From: a virus
Lineage: Duplodnaviria; Heunggongvirae; Uroviricota; Caudoviricetes
DNA: 64,000 nt
Reading direction: 5' to 3' (one strand)
IMG/VR virus record: IMGVR_UViG_3300035515_000158
Shown here: positions 27,912 to 37,574 of the stretch, piece after piece
How the letters are laid out: each line of letters begins with the position of its first letter
Position numbering within the stretch: position 1 is the first letter of the stretch
The notes under the pieces: generated by a model
Told to the model about the DNA's origin: nothing
Seen by the model: only the letters and a program-made list of their open reading frames with translations
Databases searched by the model: none
Translations under genes and position numbers: made by a program

Positions 27912-29882
27912 TTACTTTAGAATAATCTTGTCATTTTTGATATATGCTTTGAGTGTCTTTTTATTAGATTTGAGTATTTTATTATCCTCAATAATCATAG
28001 TAGACAACTCTTCTTCTATGTTTTGTTGAAGGTGACGAATAATAGGTCTTGCACCATTTTCTTCTGTTTCAACCTTATCCAAAATCCATGTTTCAACTTC
28101 CTCAGTGAGTTCAACAGATTTACCACAAATGGTCTTGATATTCTCATTCATGTCTTTAATCTCTTTGTGGAGAATTGATTTAAGTGTATCCCTGTCAAGA
28201 TTATTAAAGTAACAAATATTATCCAGACGATTGAGGAATTCAGGTGAGAAACGCTTATTCAGAGCCTTTCTAATGATGTCCTCACGATGTTTGTTCTTCA
28301 CACTATCCATATCATTTGAATATCCAATAGGTGATGAGAATTGTTTTGCTGAGCGAACACCTACATTTGAAGTGAAGATGATAAGACTTTTGGTTGCATC
28401 CACTTTGTTACCATCACTACCTGTAATAAATCCTTCATCGAGTAGTTGGAGTAATACATCATAAATCTTGGGGTGTGCTTTCTCAATTTCATCAAACAAA
28501 ACAACACTTTCAGGATACTTGGCCAATCGTTTAACCAATAGACCTGATTCTTTATAACCAACATAACCCGGAGCTGAACCAAGAAGTTTACTTACATCAA
28601 TCTCACTTTGGTATTCAGACATATCAAAACGGAGTAGATTATCCTCACTACCATATAGATAACGTGCGATTTGTTTAGCCAAGTGAGTTTTACCTACACC
28701 TGTTGAACCTATAAAAATAAAGTTACCCATAGAGTGAGCTGATTTTCTAAGACCAAGTTTATTACGTGTGATATTCTTACAAATCTTATCAATCACTTCA
28801 TCTTGACCAATGACACTTTTCTTAATTTCAACTGGCATATTTTGGAGGAATGACACTTTGTTTTTATCCAGTCGTGACATTTTAACTCCTACAATATCAC
28901 CAATAGCTTCAAGAATGTCGATTTCAATCACCTCAGTTGGTTGTTGTTTCTCCTTCAATTTTAGAAGTCGTTTGGTGAGGTTTTCAATTTTGTCATTCAA
29001 TTCTTTACATTCCTCATAAGTACCTTTACTGGTCAATTTCTCACCAATTTCATTTCGTAGGTCAAGTAGTTCCTTACTTATTTTAATCAATTTAGGATCC
29101 ACTCCACGTTTCAATGACAATTTTGAACAAACTTCATCCAACAACCACTCAGCTTTTTCAGGGAAAGGTCTGTCTTTTACATATTTCTCTGCATTGTCAC
29201 AAATCAAATTAGAGATGTTGTCAGGAAGTCTAAGATTGAAATTTTCCTCATAGTTATCATAAATGGTATCAATGATGTCAACCGTTTGTTCCTTGGTCAA
29301 CTCAGTAACTTTGATAACAGTGAAGTAATCAAGAATATAAGGAAACTCATCACGAATATCATTATACTCATCAGTAGTCGCAGTGGCAATTACTCTCATG
29401 TCAAGGTCTCTAATTGCATTTACGACACGATTGACGAAAGTAAATCCACCTGTTCCATACACATTTCTATCAAGAATGTGTCCCAATCCACTTAAATGAA
29501 TGATGATGTTGTTATCCTCAGCACAAGCGACAGAAACAATAGTGTCAATCATTGTAGAAAACTCACCCGGTGAATTTACAATGTCACAAATTCTGTCATA
29601 ATCAATGGTAGCGACTGTATCTTGTTTGTATTCTTTAACCATTTTAGAAATATACCCCTCAATGATAGAAGTCTTACCACATCCTTTATCACCCACCAAA
29701 AGAACTGAACGATTTGAGGATTTATTTAAGATACTGTCAAGACGAGCAATCTCATCATCTCTATGTAAAATATTATCTCTCTCAGCATAGGTAGTTGTAA
29801 CACTAAAAAATGTATTGAACGCTTCTTTTGTGATGTCCACTTCTTCATTTTCAGTGTTTACATCTTCATAAATTTTACCCAT
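27912..29882 (-). CDS. ClpC-like Hsp100 ATPase lacking the N-domain
   Basis: NBD1 GDKGCGKT with degenerate Walker B; UVR-like middle domain; NBD2 GSTGVGKT, FDEIEKAH, SPIGY loop, PEFLNR, GARP. Confidence 0.88.
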   Translation of the reverse strand: MGKIYEDVNTENEEVDITKEAFNTFFSVTTTYAERDNILHRDDEIARLDSILNKSSNRSVLLVGDKGCGKTSIIEGYISKMVKEYKQDTVATIDYDRICDIVNSPGEFSTMIDTIVSVACAEDNNIIIHLSGLGHILDRNVYGTGGFTFVNRVVNAIRDLDMRVIATATTDEYNDIRDEFPYILDYFTVIKVTELTKEQTVDIIDTIYDNYEENFNLRLPDNISNLICDNAEKYVKDRPFPEKAEWLLDEVCSKLSLKRGVDPKLIKISKELLDLRNEIGEKLTSKGTYEECKELNDKIENLTKRLLKLKEKQQPTEVIEIDILEAIGDIVGVKMSRLDKNKVSFLQNMPVEIKKSVIGQDEVIDKICKNITRNKLGLRKSAHSMGNFIFIGSTGVGKTHLAKQIARYLYGSEDNLLRFDMSEYQSEIDVSKLLGSAPGYVGYKESGLLVKRLAKYPESVVLFDEIEKAHPKIYDVLLQLLDEGFITGSDGNKVDATKSLIIFTSNVGVRSAKQFSSPIGYSNDMDSVKNKHREDIIRKALNKRFSPEFLNRLDNICYFNNLDRDTLKSILHKEIKDMNENIKTICGKSVELTEEVETWILDKVETEENGARPIIRHLQQNIEEELSTMIIEDNKILKSNKKTLKAYIKNDKIILK

Positions 29883-29994
29883 TTAATTCGGTTTTTATAT
29901 TATTAAAAATTAAATTTACATATTAAACATAACAAATATGATACAGTAGTTATGTTAATCTATTAAAAAAGGTTGGATTTTAACCAACCTTAAT

Positions 29995-30969
29995 TTACTC
30001 ATTATCTTTTTGTAATAGTCCTTGTAGTTCATAAATGTGTGCTAACAAAACAACTACAGGATCAATACAGTTTTTCAAATTACTCTGATACTTGGCATTT
30101 GTGATAGCGATTGTAGGTAACATTTTAACCATTGGTGACTTAGATTTTAACAGATAAGTCATAAATGGATTACCAAGTGATTGTATGACTTCAGGAACAG
30201 AATTTGAGTAGTTCTTCATCACAAACTCATAATTCTTAACCGGGTCATTATCATTAAGTATCATTTCATAAAGTTCCTCATATTCACACTCGATACTCTT
30301 AATGTCATTCTCTGTGAGGTTTGTCTTTCCTTCGAGTTTGAACCTTTGTAGATGATTCACCATTGAACGACAGTCAGGAAAATAAGTCTGAACCATTTTA
30401 ACACCAGCATGTGAATCAATGGTCATTCCTTCCTTCTTACATATCTCAACAATACGTTTATACTGTCCCATTCTAATCTCACCCACTTCCTCACTTGTGA
30501 AATTGAAATCAATCATCTGGAAACGTGATTGAATAGGTTCAGGTATCTTCTGAATGAAATTACAAGTTCCTATAAATCTGGTATTGGTGGCACACTTTTC
30601 CATTGTCGCACGAAGAGCTGCAAAGGCTTGTGATGATAATCCGTCTAACTCATCCATAATGACTACCTTAATTGGATTGTCATAGTGGAGAATTGATTGG
30701 TTCATCGCAAAGTCCATAATGGTATCTCGAATCGTATCAACACCATTAGTGTCAGAACAGTTCAAATACAATACATTATGACCAAATTCCTTACAGAGTG
30801 CCTTGGCGGCGGATGTTTTACCAATACCTGCGGTGCCATAAAACAACATTGACTGGACTACACCATTTTCAAAGATAGTCCTAATTCGTTTTGGAATGAT
30901 TAGTTCCTTGAGGTTCTGAGGTCTATATTTCTCAGTCCACAAAATATTATCCAGATTATTTATTGACAT
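29995..30969 (-). CDS. clamp loader subunit, T4 gp44/RFC-like
   Basis: WTEKYRP, GTAGIGKT, MDELD, IQSR. Confidence 0.93.
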   Translation of the reverse strand: MSINNLDNILWTEKYRPQNLKELIIPKRIRTIFENGVVQSMLFYGTAGIGKTSAAKALCKEFGHNVLYLNCSDTNGVDTIRDTIMDFAMNQSILHYDNPIKVVIMDELDGLSSQAFAALRATMEKCATNTRFIGTCNFIQKIPEPIQSRFQMIDFNFTSEEVGEIRMGQYKRIVEICKKEGMTIDSHAGVKMVQTYFPDCRSMVNHLQRFKLEGKTNLTENDIKSIECEYEELYEMILNDNDPVKNYEFVMKNYSNSVPEVIQSLGNPFMTYLLKSKSPMVKMLPTIAITNAKYQSNLKNCIDPVVVLLAHIYELQGLLQKDNE

Positions 30970-31035
30970 ATGTTTATGTAATTAAATTTCAAAATATTTT
31001 CACTATAAAGATAACAAAAGCTCCGTAAATATACT

Positions 31036-31938
31036 ATGAAATCATTATTAGAATACGGTTTTCCAACATCATTTTCACCCAAAAGTAAATCTGATGTTTT
31101 GAAATTTTATCAATGTTACAATAAGTTAGATAGAACTGGTCATCTAAAAAGAGAAAACGGTTTCAAAAAATTATTTCCTGAATTATATCAAGATTTTCAA
31201 AATTTTAACTTTTTCGGTGATGTATCCGGACTAAAATTCTATGAAAAACTATATCATTTTTTAATGGATGACTCTTCACTTAAATTAGGTCATTGTAACA
31301 TTTGTGGTTGTAAATGTAAGTTTCATCTACATGGTGAATTTGGATATAGAAATTGTTGTAGTAACTGTAATAATAAATCACAGGAGAAGATAAATCAACA
31401 ACTTAAAACTTGGTCACTAAAAACATCTGATGAAATGACAGACATGGTGGAAAAAATGAAATCAACCAAATTAGAAAGATATGGTTTTTCAGGTTACAAC
31501 AACATAAAACAGATACAAAAAACCAAACATAAGAATGATACTTATGGTAAATCACTAATCGAGAAGAAATTGATACAATGGTTTAATGATAATAACTATA
31601 AATTTAAATATCAATATAACAGACCAGAGTATCCTTTTAATTGTGATTTTTACCTTCCAGATTTTGACCTAAGAATTGAGATACAAGGATATTTTACTCA
31701 TGGTTTCCATCCATTCAATAAAGATAATCAAGAAGATATTAATTTAGTAGAGAAGTGGAAAAAATTATCATTAACCAAACCTCAATATGGAGTGGCCGTT
31801 AAAACATGGATAGTCATTGATCCATTAAAAAGAGAAATAGTCAAAGAAAATAATCTTAACTTTTTAGAAATATTCAGTTCAGATTTAGATGTTTGTATTG
31901 AAAAAATCTTAGAAAAAATAAAAAGTGGCCAACATTAA
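31036..31938 (+). CDS. free-standing homing-type endonuclease, paralog of 20421-21563
   Basis: CNICGCKC, CCSNC, CDFYL...IEIQGYFTHG; CGTAAATA late-like motif at 31024. Confidence 0.75.
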   Translation: MKSLLEYGFPTSFSPKSKSDVLKFYQCYNKLDRTGHLKRENGFKKLFPELYQDFQNFNFFGDVSGLKFYEKLYHFLMDDSSLKLGHCNICGCKCKFHLHGEFGYRNCCSNCNNKSQEKINQQLKTWSLKTSDEMTDMVEKMKSTKLERYGFSGYNNIKQIQKTKHKNDTYGKSLIEKKLIQWFNDNNYKFKYQYNRPEYPFNCDFYLPDFDLRIEIQGYFTHGFHPFNKDNQEDINLVEKWKKLSLTKPQYGVAVKTWIVIDPLKREIVKENNLNFLEIFSSDLDVCIEKILEKIKSGQH

Positions 31939-31953
31939 GACCACTTTATTTTT

Positions 31954-32394
31954 TTATCGAACTCCAGTGTGACCAAAACCACCATCACCTCGTTCAGTTT
32001 CATCAAGTTTTTCAACAGGTATCCACTCAACGGTTTCATGTTTGGACACTACCATCTGAGCAATTCTATCACCATCATTAATAGTAACAGTTTCGTTGGA
32101 TAAGTTGATTAGACACACCATAATTTCACCAGTATAATCACTATCAATCGTTCCGGGTGAATTAACCACTGTGATACCCTGTTTACAAGCAAGTCCACTA
32201 CGAGGTCTAATCTGAGCTTCATATCCTTCAGGTAGTTGAATGAATAGTCCAGTTTTAATCAGACAACGTTCAAGGGGTTTTATTTCTTTTGGTTCACTCT
32301 CATTAGAACGAATATCCATACCAGCAGAGTAAGGAGTTTTATATTCAGGAAGTGACCATTTTGATTTATTAATTATTTTTACTTCTGTTATCAT
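31954..32394 (-). CDS. dut: trimeric dUTPase
   Basis: [34 protein letters not shown]. Confidence 0.97.
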   Translation of the reverse strand: MITEVKIINKSKWSLPEYKTPYSAGMDIRSNESEPKEIKPLERCLIKTGLFIQLPEGYEAQIRPRSGLACKQGITVVNSPGTIDSDYTGEIMVCLINLSNETVTINDGDRIAQMVVSKHETVEWIPVEKLDETERGDGGFGHTGVR

Positions 32395-33161
32395 TTATTA
32401 TCTATGAGTTTAGTTTTAATTTCATCTGCGATAGCTTTACCCATTTTGTCCATAGTCTTGTTGAATCGTGAACTATAAGGTATAATTCGAGGATTTTTAA
32501 TTACTACACTACCATCATCATTATATGTTTTTTCATCCCATTTAACGATACAAATATTAGCACTAAATGTATCAAAGAAAAGGTAATTGTATTTATAACC
32601 CTTCTCATCATACTTCTTAAAGATAGAATTTGCATTTTTTGCGGGAACTTCTATCTGGTTTGTAGTAAAATTCCAATATTTTGTGTGTAGTGATTTCATT
32701 TCCAAAGGCATATCCCCATTGACATAAAAGTCACATTCGAGAGTGGCCTTGTGGAAACCTACTTTATCATCATCTGAATTTTTACTAATACGAAAAGTTG
32801 TCGCATACTTCATGATACTTTGTTCAAGAATTTCAGTAAAGACAGCATCACCCAAAATATCCTGAGCACAGTCAAATGGGGTTCGACCTCTCAATCTACC
32901 AGCGGTCATTTCCTTATGTAATATTGTCCAAGATTCAGGATATTGTTCTTGTAATTCTTGGTCACTTTTTACAGTTAGAATGTCATACACATATGGTTCA
33001 AATCGATCAGGATTATCTTTAATAAACTGAAAAACATCTTGTGTCTTCATTCCATGCCAATTTAGAGTTTTCAATCTTGATGGCCAAATTCTAAGAGGTG
33101 TTTTCTCGTTATCCCAAACTGTAAATTTACTTTGTCCGATTGTATCACTAACGGTTTCCAT
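32391..33161 (-). CDS. putative PD-(D/E)xK nuclease
   Basis: [15 protein letters not shown] fits a D...ExK core. Confidence 0.45.
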   Translation of the reverse strand: METVSDTIGQSKFTVWDNEKTPLRIWPSRLKTLNWHGMKTQDVFQFIKDNPDRFEPYVYDILTVKSDQELQEQYPESWTILHKEMTAGRLRGRTPFDCAQDILGDAVFTEILEQSIMKYATTFRISKNSDDDKVGFHKATLECDFYVNGDMPLEMKSLHTKYWNFTTNQIEVPAKNANSIFKKYDEKGYKYNYLFFDTFSANICIVKWDEKTYNDDGSVVIKNPRIIPYSSRFNKTMDKMGKAIADEIKTKLIDNK

Positions 33162-33178
33162 TTTGATTATTATATAAA

Positions 33179-34372
33179 TTAAACTTTTATCATTTCTTTA
33201 TAAAATGCTGACATTACATCTACTACGATAGAATTACCAGCAAGTTTACATAATTTTGTGTTATCCAATCCCATGTCAACTAATTTTTGTACATCATCAA
33301 ATTCAACACCAATCAGACGCATTTCCTCAACACCAGTAGTTTCTCTTACTTTATATTGACCATTTTCTTTGACCAAAATTAAGGGAGCATATACTAATGT
33401 AAATGTAGGTGCCACTCCTTTTGGTGAATAGATACGTGTTGACTGTGGATTTGGGAATGTTGCTCTGTCTGTTCGGATATTACCTATTTGAAGTATCTTA
33501 TTATACATATCAACTTCAACTTCATCAGGTTTTTCACCAAATATGTTTTCTTCAAATTCCTCATCAAAGTCCTTAACTGTTTGACATACGAAATCTGTTT
33601 GTTTTCCTTTTTTTACAACCTCAGCATATTTACCTGAATCAGTAACTTCCCTTTCTACAAATTCCTCATCATTTGTTTCACCAGCGAATTTTAAGATATT
33701 TGGATTACTTTTTACATATTCATCAGTACATACCTGACTAACATAACATTTAGGAGGTATCTCACTTGGTTTCTGTAAAAAGTCATTCATACACTTGGTT
33801 TGTTTAATAGGTCTTGGCCATTCAAATTCACCATCAGGATTAAGTACAGACACAACGAACACCCTTTCTCGTGCTTGTGGAATACCAAAGTCGGCTCCAT
33901 TTAACACTTTCCAATAAGAAGTGTATCCAAGTGAATCAAGAAATTCCAACCACTTCTTAAATGTGGGGAAGAATTTATTACCAACCAAATTCTTAACATT
34001 TTCCAACATCAAATATTTAGGTCGTTTGATTTCGATGGCTTTCTTACATTCCCACAAAAGAGATGATTTTGTACCAGAACCTTCCTCACCACCCAGTTTT
34101 TTACCAGCGATTGAAAAACTCTGACATGGTGAACTATAAGTAAAGAAATCAAAATCAGGTACATTTTCCCAATCTATTTTACAAATGTCACCATAATTTT
34201 TATCTTTGTATTCAGGAAACAATACATTATGTGCATCAATAGCTCGTTTCTCAATTTCACTCCACCCAATTAATTCAAAGGGAATGTGTGCCTTTTTGAG
34301 AGCAAGACATTGACTATCATATCCTGAGAAAGTTGTAAAAACTTTTAGAGGTTTCTCTTTATTATACTTCAT
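33179..34372 (-). CDS. C5-cytosine DNA methyltransferase (full length)
   Basis: FSGYDSQ (variant motif I), SPC, ENV, PQARER, motif X GNSIVV. Confidence 0.93.
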   Translation of the reverse strand: MKYNKEKPLKVFTTFSGYDSQCLALKKAHIPFELIGWSEIEKRAIDAHNVLFPEYKDKNYGDICKIDWENVPDFDFFTYSSPCQSFSIAGKKLGGEEGSGTKSSLLWECKKAIEIKRPKYLMLENVKNLVGNKFFPTFKKWLEFLDSLGYTSYWKVLNGADFGIPQARERVFVVSVLNPDGEFEWPRPIKQTKCMNDFLQKPSEIPPKCYVSQVCTDEYVKSNPNILKFAGETNDEEFVEREVTDSGKYAEVVKKGKQTDFVCQTVKDFDEEFEENIFGEKPDEVEVDMYNKILQIGNIRTDRATFPNPQSTRIYSPKGVAPTFTLVYAPLILVKENGQYKVRETTGVEEMRLIGVEFDDVQKLVDMGLDNTKLCKLAGNSIVVDVMSAFYKEMIKV

Positions 34373-34413
34373 CTAAATTTCTGTTTAACTTAAAAATAAC
34401 AAAAGGTGGTCAG

Positions 34414-34674
34414 TTACTCCACCTTTTCACCAAATTTAATAATATAAACTAATTTGTCGTAATTTTTAAGATGTTGTTTATTTATCCATTCAAATTTATA
34501 TCGAACAGGTTTCACATCCTTCTTAAACCTATGGTAAAATTCTACAATATCATATACTTTATCCTCCAATCTACTTGTCCAATAGGGTTTTACTTCCCTA
34601 TAATCACAATTTATTTGACCGGATACAATTAGATTATACCATCCTTCATTAACTGGTAATCTTAATGTCTTCAT
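34414..34674 (-). CDS. ASCH-domain protein
   Basis: LRLPVNEGWYNLIVSGQ..DYREVKPYW..RL. Confidence 0.75.
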   Translation of the reverse strand: MKTLRLPVNEGWYNLIVSGQINCDYREVKPYWTSRLEDKVYDIVEFYHRFKKDVKPVRYKFEWINKQHLKNYDKLVYIIKFGEKVE

Positions 34675-35393
34675 AGAGAAAATTCATTTAAGAATAATTC
34701 ATGAACCTGATTATGTTTGTCAAAATATGAACTAAATGATGACTTCTTTAACACTTCAGTAGAATGGTTGTACAAATCCCAAGCATGTAAACCTTCCGGA
34801 TGTAAAGTGAGATTGTCAAATAATTTACTATTGGTTATCTCATTCTTGAAACGATTAATCTCATTTCCATTCATGATACCACCTACACAAATCTTACCAA
34901 CAATTTTATATATGTCATTAGTGTCACAATAAATCTCTTTTAAGTTCTCCTTGATTTTGAGATTTTCATCATGTTGTATTTGGTATCTCTCCAAACCAAT
35001 CTTGATGATTTCTTCAACATCTTTGTCAGCATTACCCCTATGGATACGCTTCTCAGCAATATCACCATGAACCATTCCATTAGAACATAACCAAACAACA
35101 GAACCAACACCCATACCAAATGACATAGAACCATCATATGAGTTTCTAAATCCTATACGGTATCCTAACTCACTATCCTGACTTTCAATATCATACAAAC
35201 CAATGAAACGTTTTCCATTAGTGGACATTGTTAAATCTGACTGTTTTACTGAAAGACCATATTCATTCATTTTATCATGAAGAATATCAAAAATTAACTC
35301 ATTCGGGACAGGTGTATAACTTATTGTCCGTTTGGGTAGAGGAACTGACCGAAGTATTTCCTCAGAAGTTGAAGTTTTTAATCTTGTAGACAT
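34671..35393 (-). CDS. DUF932-family protein
   Basis: FRNSYDGS..F..G...LCSNGM. Confidence 0.78.
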   Translation of the reverse strand: MSTRLKTSTSEEILRSVPLPKRTISYTPVPNELIFDILHDKMNEYGLSVKQSDLTMSTNGKRFIGLYDIESQDSELGYRIGFRNSYDGSMSFGMGVGSVVWLCSNGMVHGDIAEKRIHRGNADKDVEEIIKIGLERYQIQHDENLKIKENLKEIYCDTNDIYKIVGKICVGGIMNGNEINRFKNEITNSKLFDNLTLHPEGLHAWDLYNHSTEVLKKSSFSSYFDKHNQVHELFLNEFSL

Positions 35394-35472
35394 ATCTATA
35401 TGTTTTTTATTATAAACATAACAAAGGACTCACCATAAATATAATATAATAGATTAAATTTTGTTAATTTCA

Positions 35473-37536
35473 ATGGACAGAACTGAATATACAAGTTTTA
35501 TAAACATAGATAGTCAGGATACAATATCTAATTTAATAAGTAAATTAAATAGTAACTTTGCGAAAATTAAACTGTATCTTAGTGACATAAGTGACAAAGC
35601 AAATAAATCTAATGATGATGTGATTTTAATTAAACCACATCAATCTATACATACTTTTGAATATATTGATAAAGGTAATAGTATATCAGTTAGTGATTAT
35701 AATAAATCCATAAAAGAGGATTTAATAAACTCTGATTTTTTAATTGGTGACATTGTAGTTACTCATTATACATATGGTGGTAATAAAAAACTTTCGACAA
35801 TCTGTTCAGTTGATGGATATTCAGAAGGTAATATTAAATTATCAGATCAAATAACATTGACTGGTGAACAAGGTGAACGCGGAGCTACAGGTATGGCAGG
35901 TAAAGCTGGTGGACAATATTCATCAGATACAATTATGAAATGGATAAAAACCTATGTAAATGATAATATATTTACAGATTTTACCACCTCAAAATTAAAT
36001 ATAGGTCACAAACATACTGATAGCGACACATCACATCAATTTGGTTTTATTGAAGGATATGAACCCGGAAACATAAAAATAGGTGCATTAAATTCTTCTG
36101 GTAGTGAAACATCCAAAATCGACATTAGTAAAAACAAGATAACACTTGATACATCAATAACTACATTTACTGGTGATGTTATGATTGAGGGTAATTTATC
36201 ATTAAGTGGTACGAACATTATGTGTAATAAAATAGACACTCAGCAATTATCAGTATCAACTAAACTTACTACACCTAAAATATATATGAACCAATTATAT
36301 ACAGATTATATTTCAAGTTATAATGGAAGTAAAAGTGATGTAATTATAGTTAATAATTCAGTAAAGGTTTTAAAAAACGTCAACGCAGTTAAAGGACTAT
36401 CATCTATTGGAGATGTTTATTTTTATGGTTATACTTGTATCGGAAACGTAACTTTTGATTGTTATGGTGGTGAAGAAAATCAAGAAATTATGTTTAATGA
36501 ATATACAGATACGACATTTAATGGTGATGTAACACTTAATGGTAATGTTACGTTTGGTGATAAACCTCGTTTAGATATTAAGTTACCGACAATTAGATCT
36601 ATAGACCTCAAAGGAACAGTATCAACAGAAAGTGAAGTTTCTTTTACTGGGAAATATATATTTAATGGTGATGTGACGTTTAATGGTTCATATAATATAA
36701 AGAATACTACATATCACATTACAGATGATACTTTTTATGTTAGTAAAAATAAAGGAAGTGAATATGATTATTATACTGAAAAAATAAGTAATGAGTATGG
36801 ACAAGTTGTATATTATGGTCGTAGCGTTGATGCAAATACAATAAATTATACATATCAATTAGAGGATGTTTTAACTAATTTGGCTGTGAAACAACAAACA
36901 ACATTAACATCACCTATAGTACCATGTACTGGAAATTATTATATTATAAAACTTACACTTGGTACTGATACCTCAAGTTATAATCCATTTTATATGTTAT
37001 GTTATTGTGAACAGACTTCACTTACAACAACCGTTGATATAAATGGTAGATTTGTGTATACTTCTTCTGGTAGTTTTAAATATAGTGACCTCAATAGTTC
37101 TGATGATGAAACATCATCATCAAAATCTTCAGCTCCTGCGAAAATTGTTGGTGGTTATACAAACACAACTGTGAATAATTGGAGTCTTTCAGATGATACC
37201 ACACAAAATGGAGTCTTACTTAATTTTGTTGGTGCGGGACCAGAATTAGAAACATTATGGAAATCAGATTTAACACAACAAATTTTACTAGACGGATATA
37301 GTCCCGTAGTAAATTCTGTGAAATACCTTACCTATAAACGAAATGTTTATATCGGTCCATTTGTTGTTAATGGTGTAGATGTGTATATTGATTTATGTAA
37401 TAGTACAGTATATCCATATCGTAATAACATAAAATACCATCTAATAGACGATGAATATTATTATATAGCCCAACCAAGACAAATACCAAGAGTATATGGT
37501 ATAACAGGTGCAACACCATACATGGTATTATATTAA
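35473..37536 (+). CDS. late structural protein, tail-fibre-like
   Basis: ATG at 35473 after CATAAATA (35434); short Gly-X-Y stretch GEQGERGATGMAG; FNGDVTLNG beta repeats. Confidence 0.6.
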   Translation: MDRTEYTSFINIDSQDTISNLISKLNSNFAKIKLYLSDISDKANKSNDDVILIKPHQSIHTFEYIDKGNSISVSDYNKSIKEDLINSDFLIGDIVVTHYTYGGNKKLSTICSVDGYSEGNIKLSDQITLTGEQGERGATGMAGKAGGQYSSDTIMKWIKTYVNDNIFTDFTTSKLNIGHKHTDSDTSHQFGFIEGYEPGNIKIGALNSSGSETSKIDISKNKITLDTSITTFTGDVMIEGNLSLSGTNIMCNKIDTQQLSVSTKLTTPKIYMNQLYTDYISSYNGSKSDVIIVNNSVKVLKNVNAVKGLSSIGDVYFYGYTCIGNVTFDCYGGEENQEIMFNEYTDTTFNGDVTLNGNVTFGDKPRLDIKLPTIRSIDLKGTVSTESEVSFTGKYIFNGDVTFNGSYNIKNTTYHITDDTFYVSKNKGSEYDYYTEKISNEYGQVVYYGRSVDANTINYTYQLEDVLTNLAVKQQTTLTSPIVPCTGNYYIIKLTLGTDTSSYNPFYMLCYCEQTSLTTTVDINGRFVYTSSGSFKYSDLNSSDDETSSSKSSAPAKIVGGYTNTTVNNWSLSDDTTQNGVLLNFVGAGPELETLWKSDLTQQILLDGYSPVVNSVKYLTYKRNVYIGPFVVNGVDVYIDLCNSTVYPYRNNIKYHLIDDEYYYIAQPRQIPRVYGITGATPYMVLY

Positions 37537-37542
37537 ATATAT

Positions 37543-37574
37543 AAAGGAGAGGAAATTAATCCTCTCCTTTTTTT
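37543..37574. terminator. bidirectional terminator
   Basis: AAAGGAGAGG-loop-CCTCTCCTTT, same stem as 18815. Confidence 0.75.
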
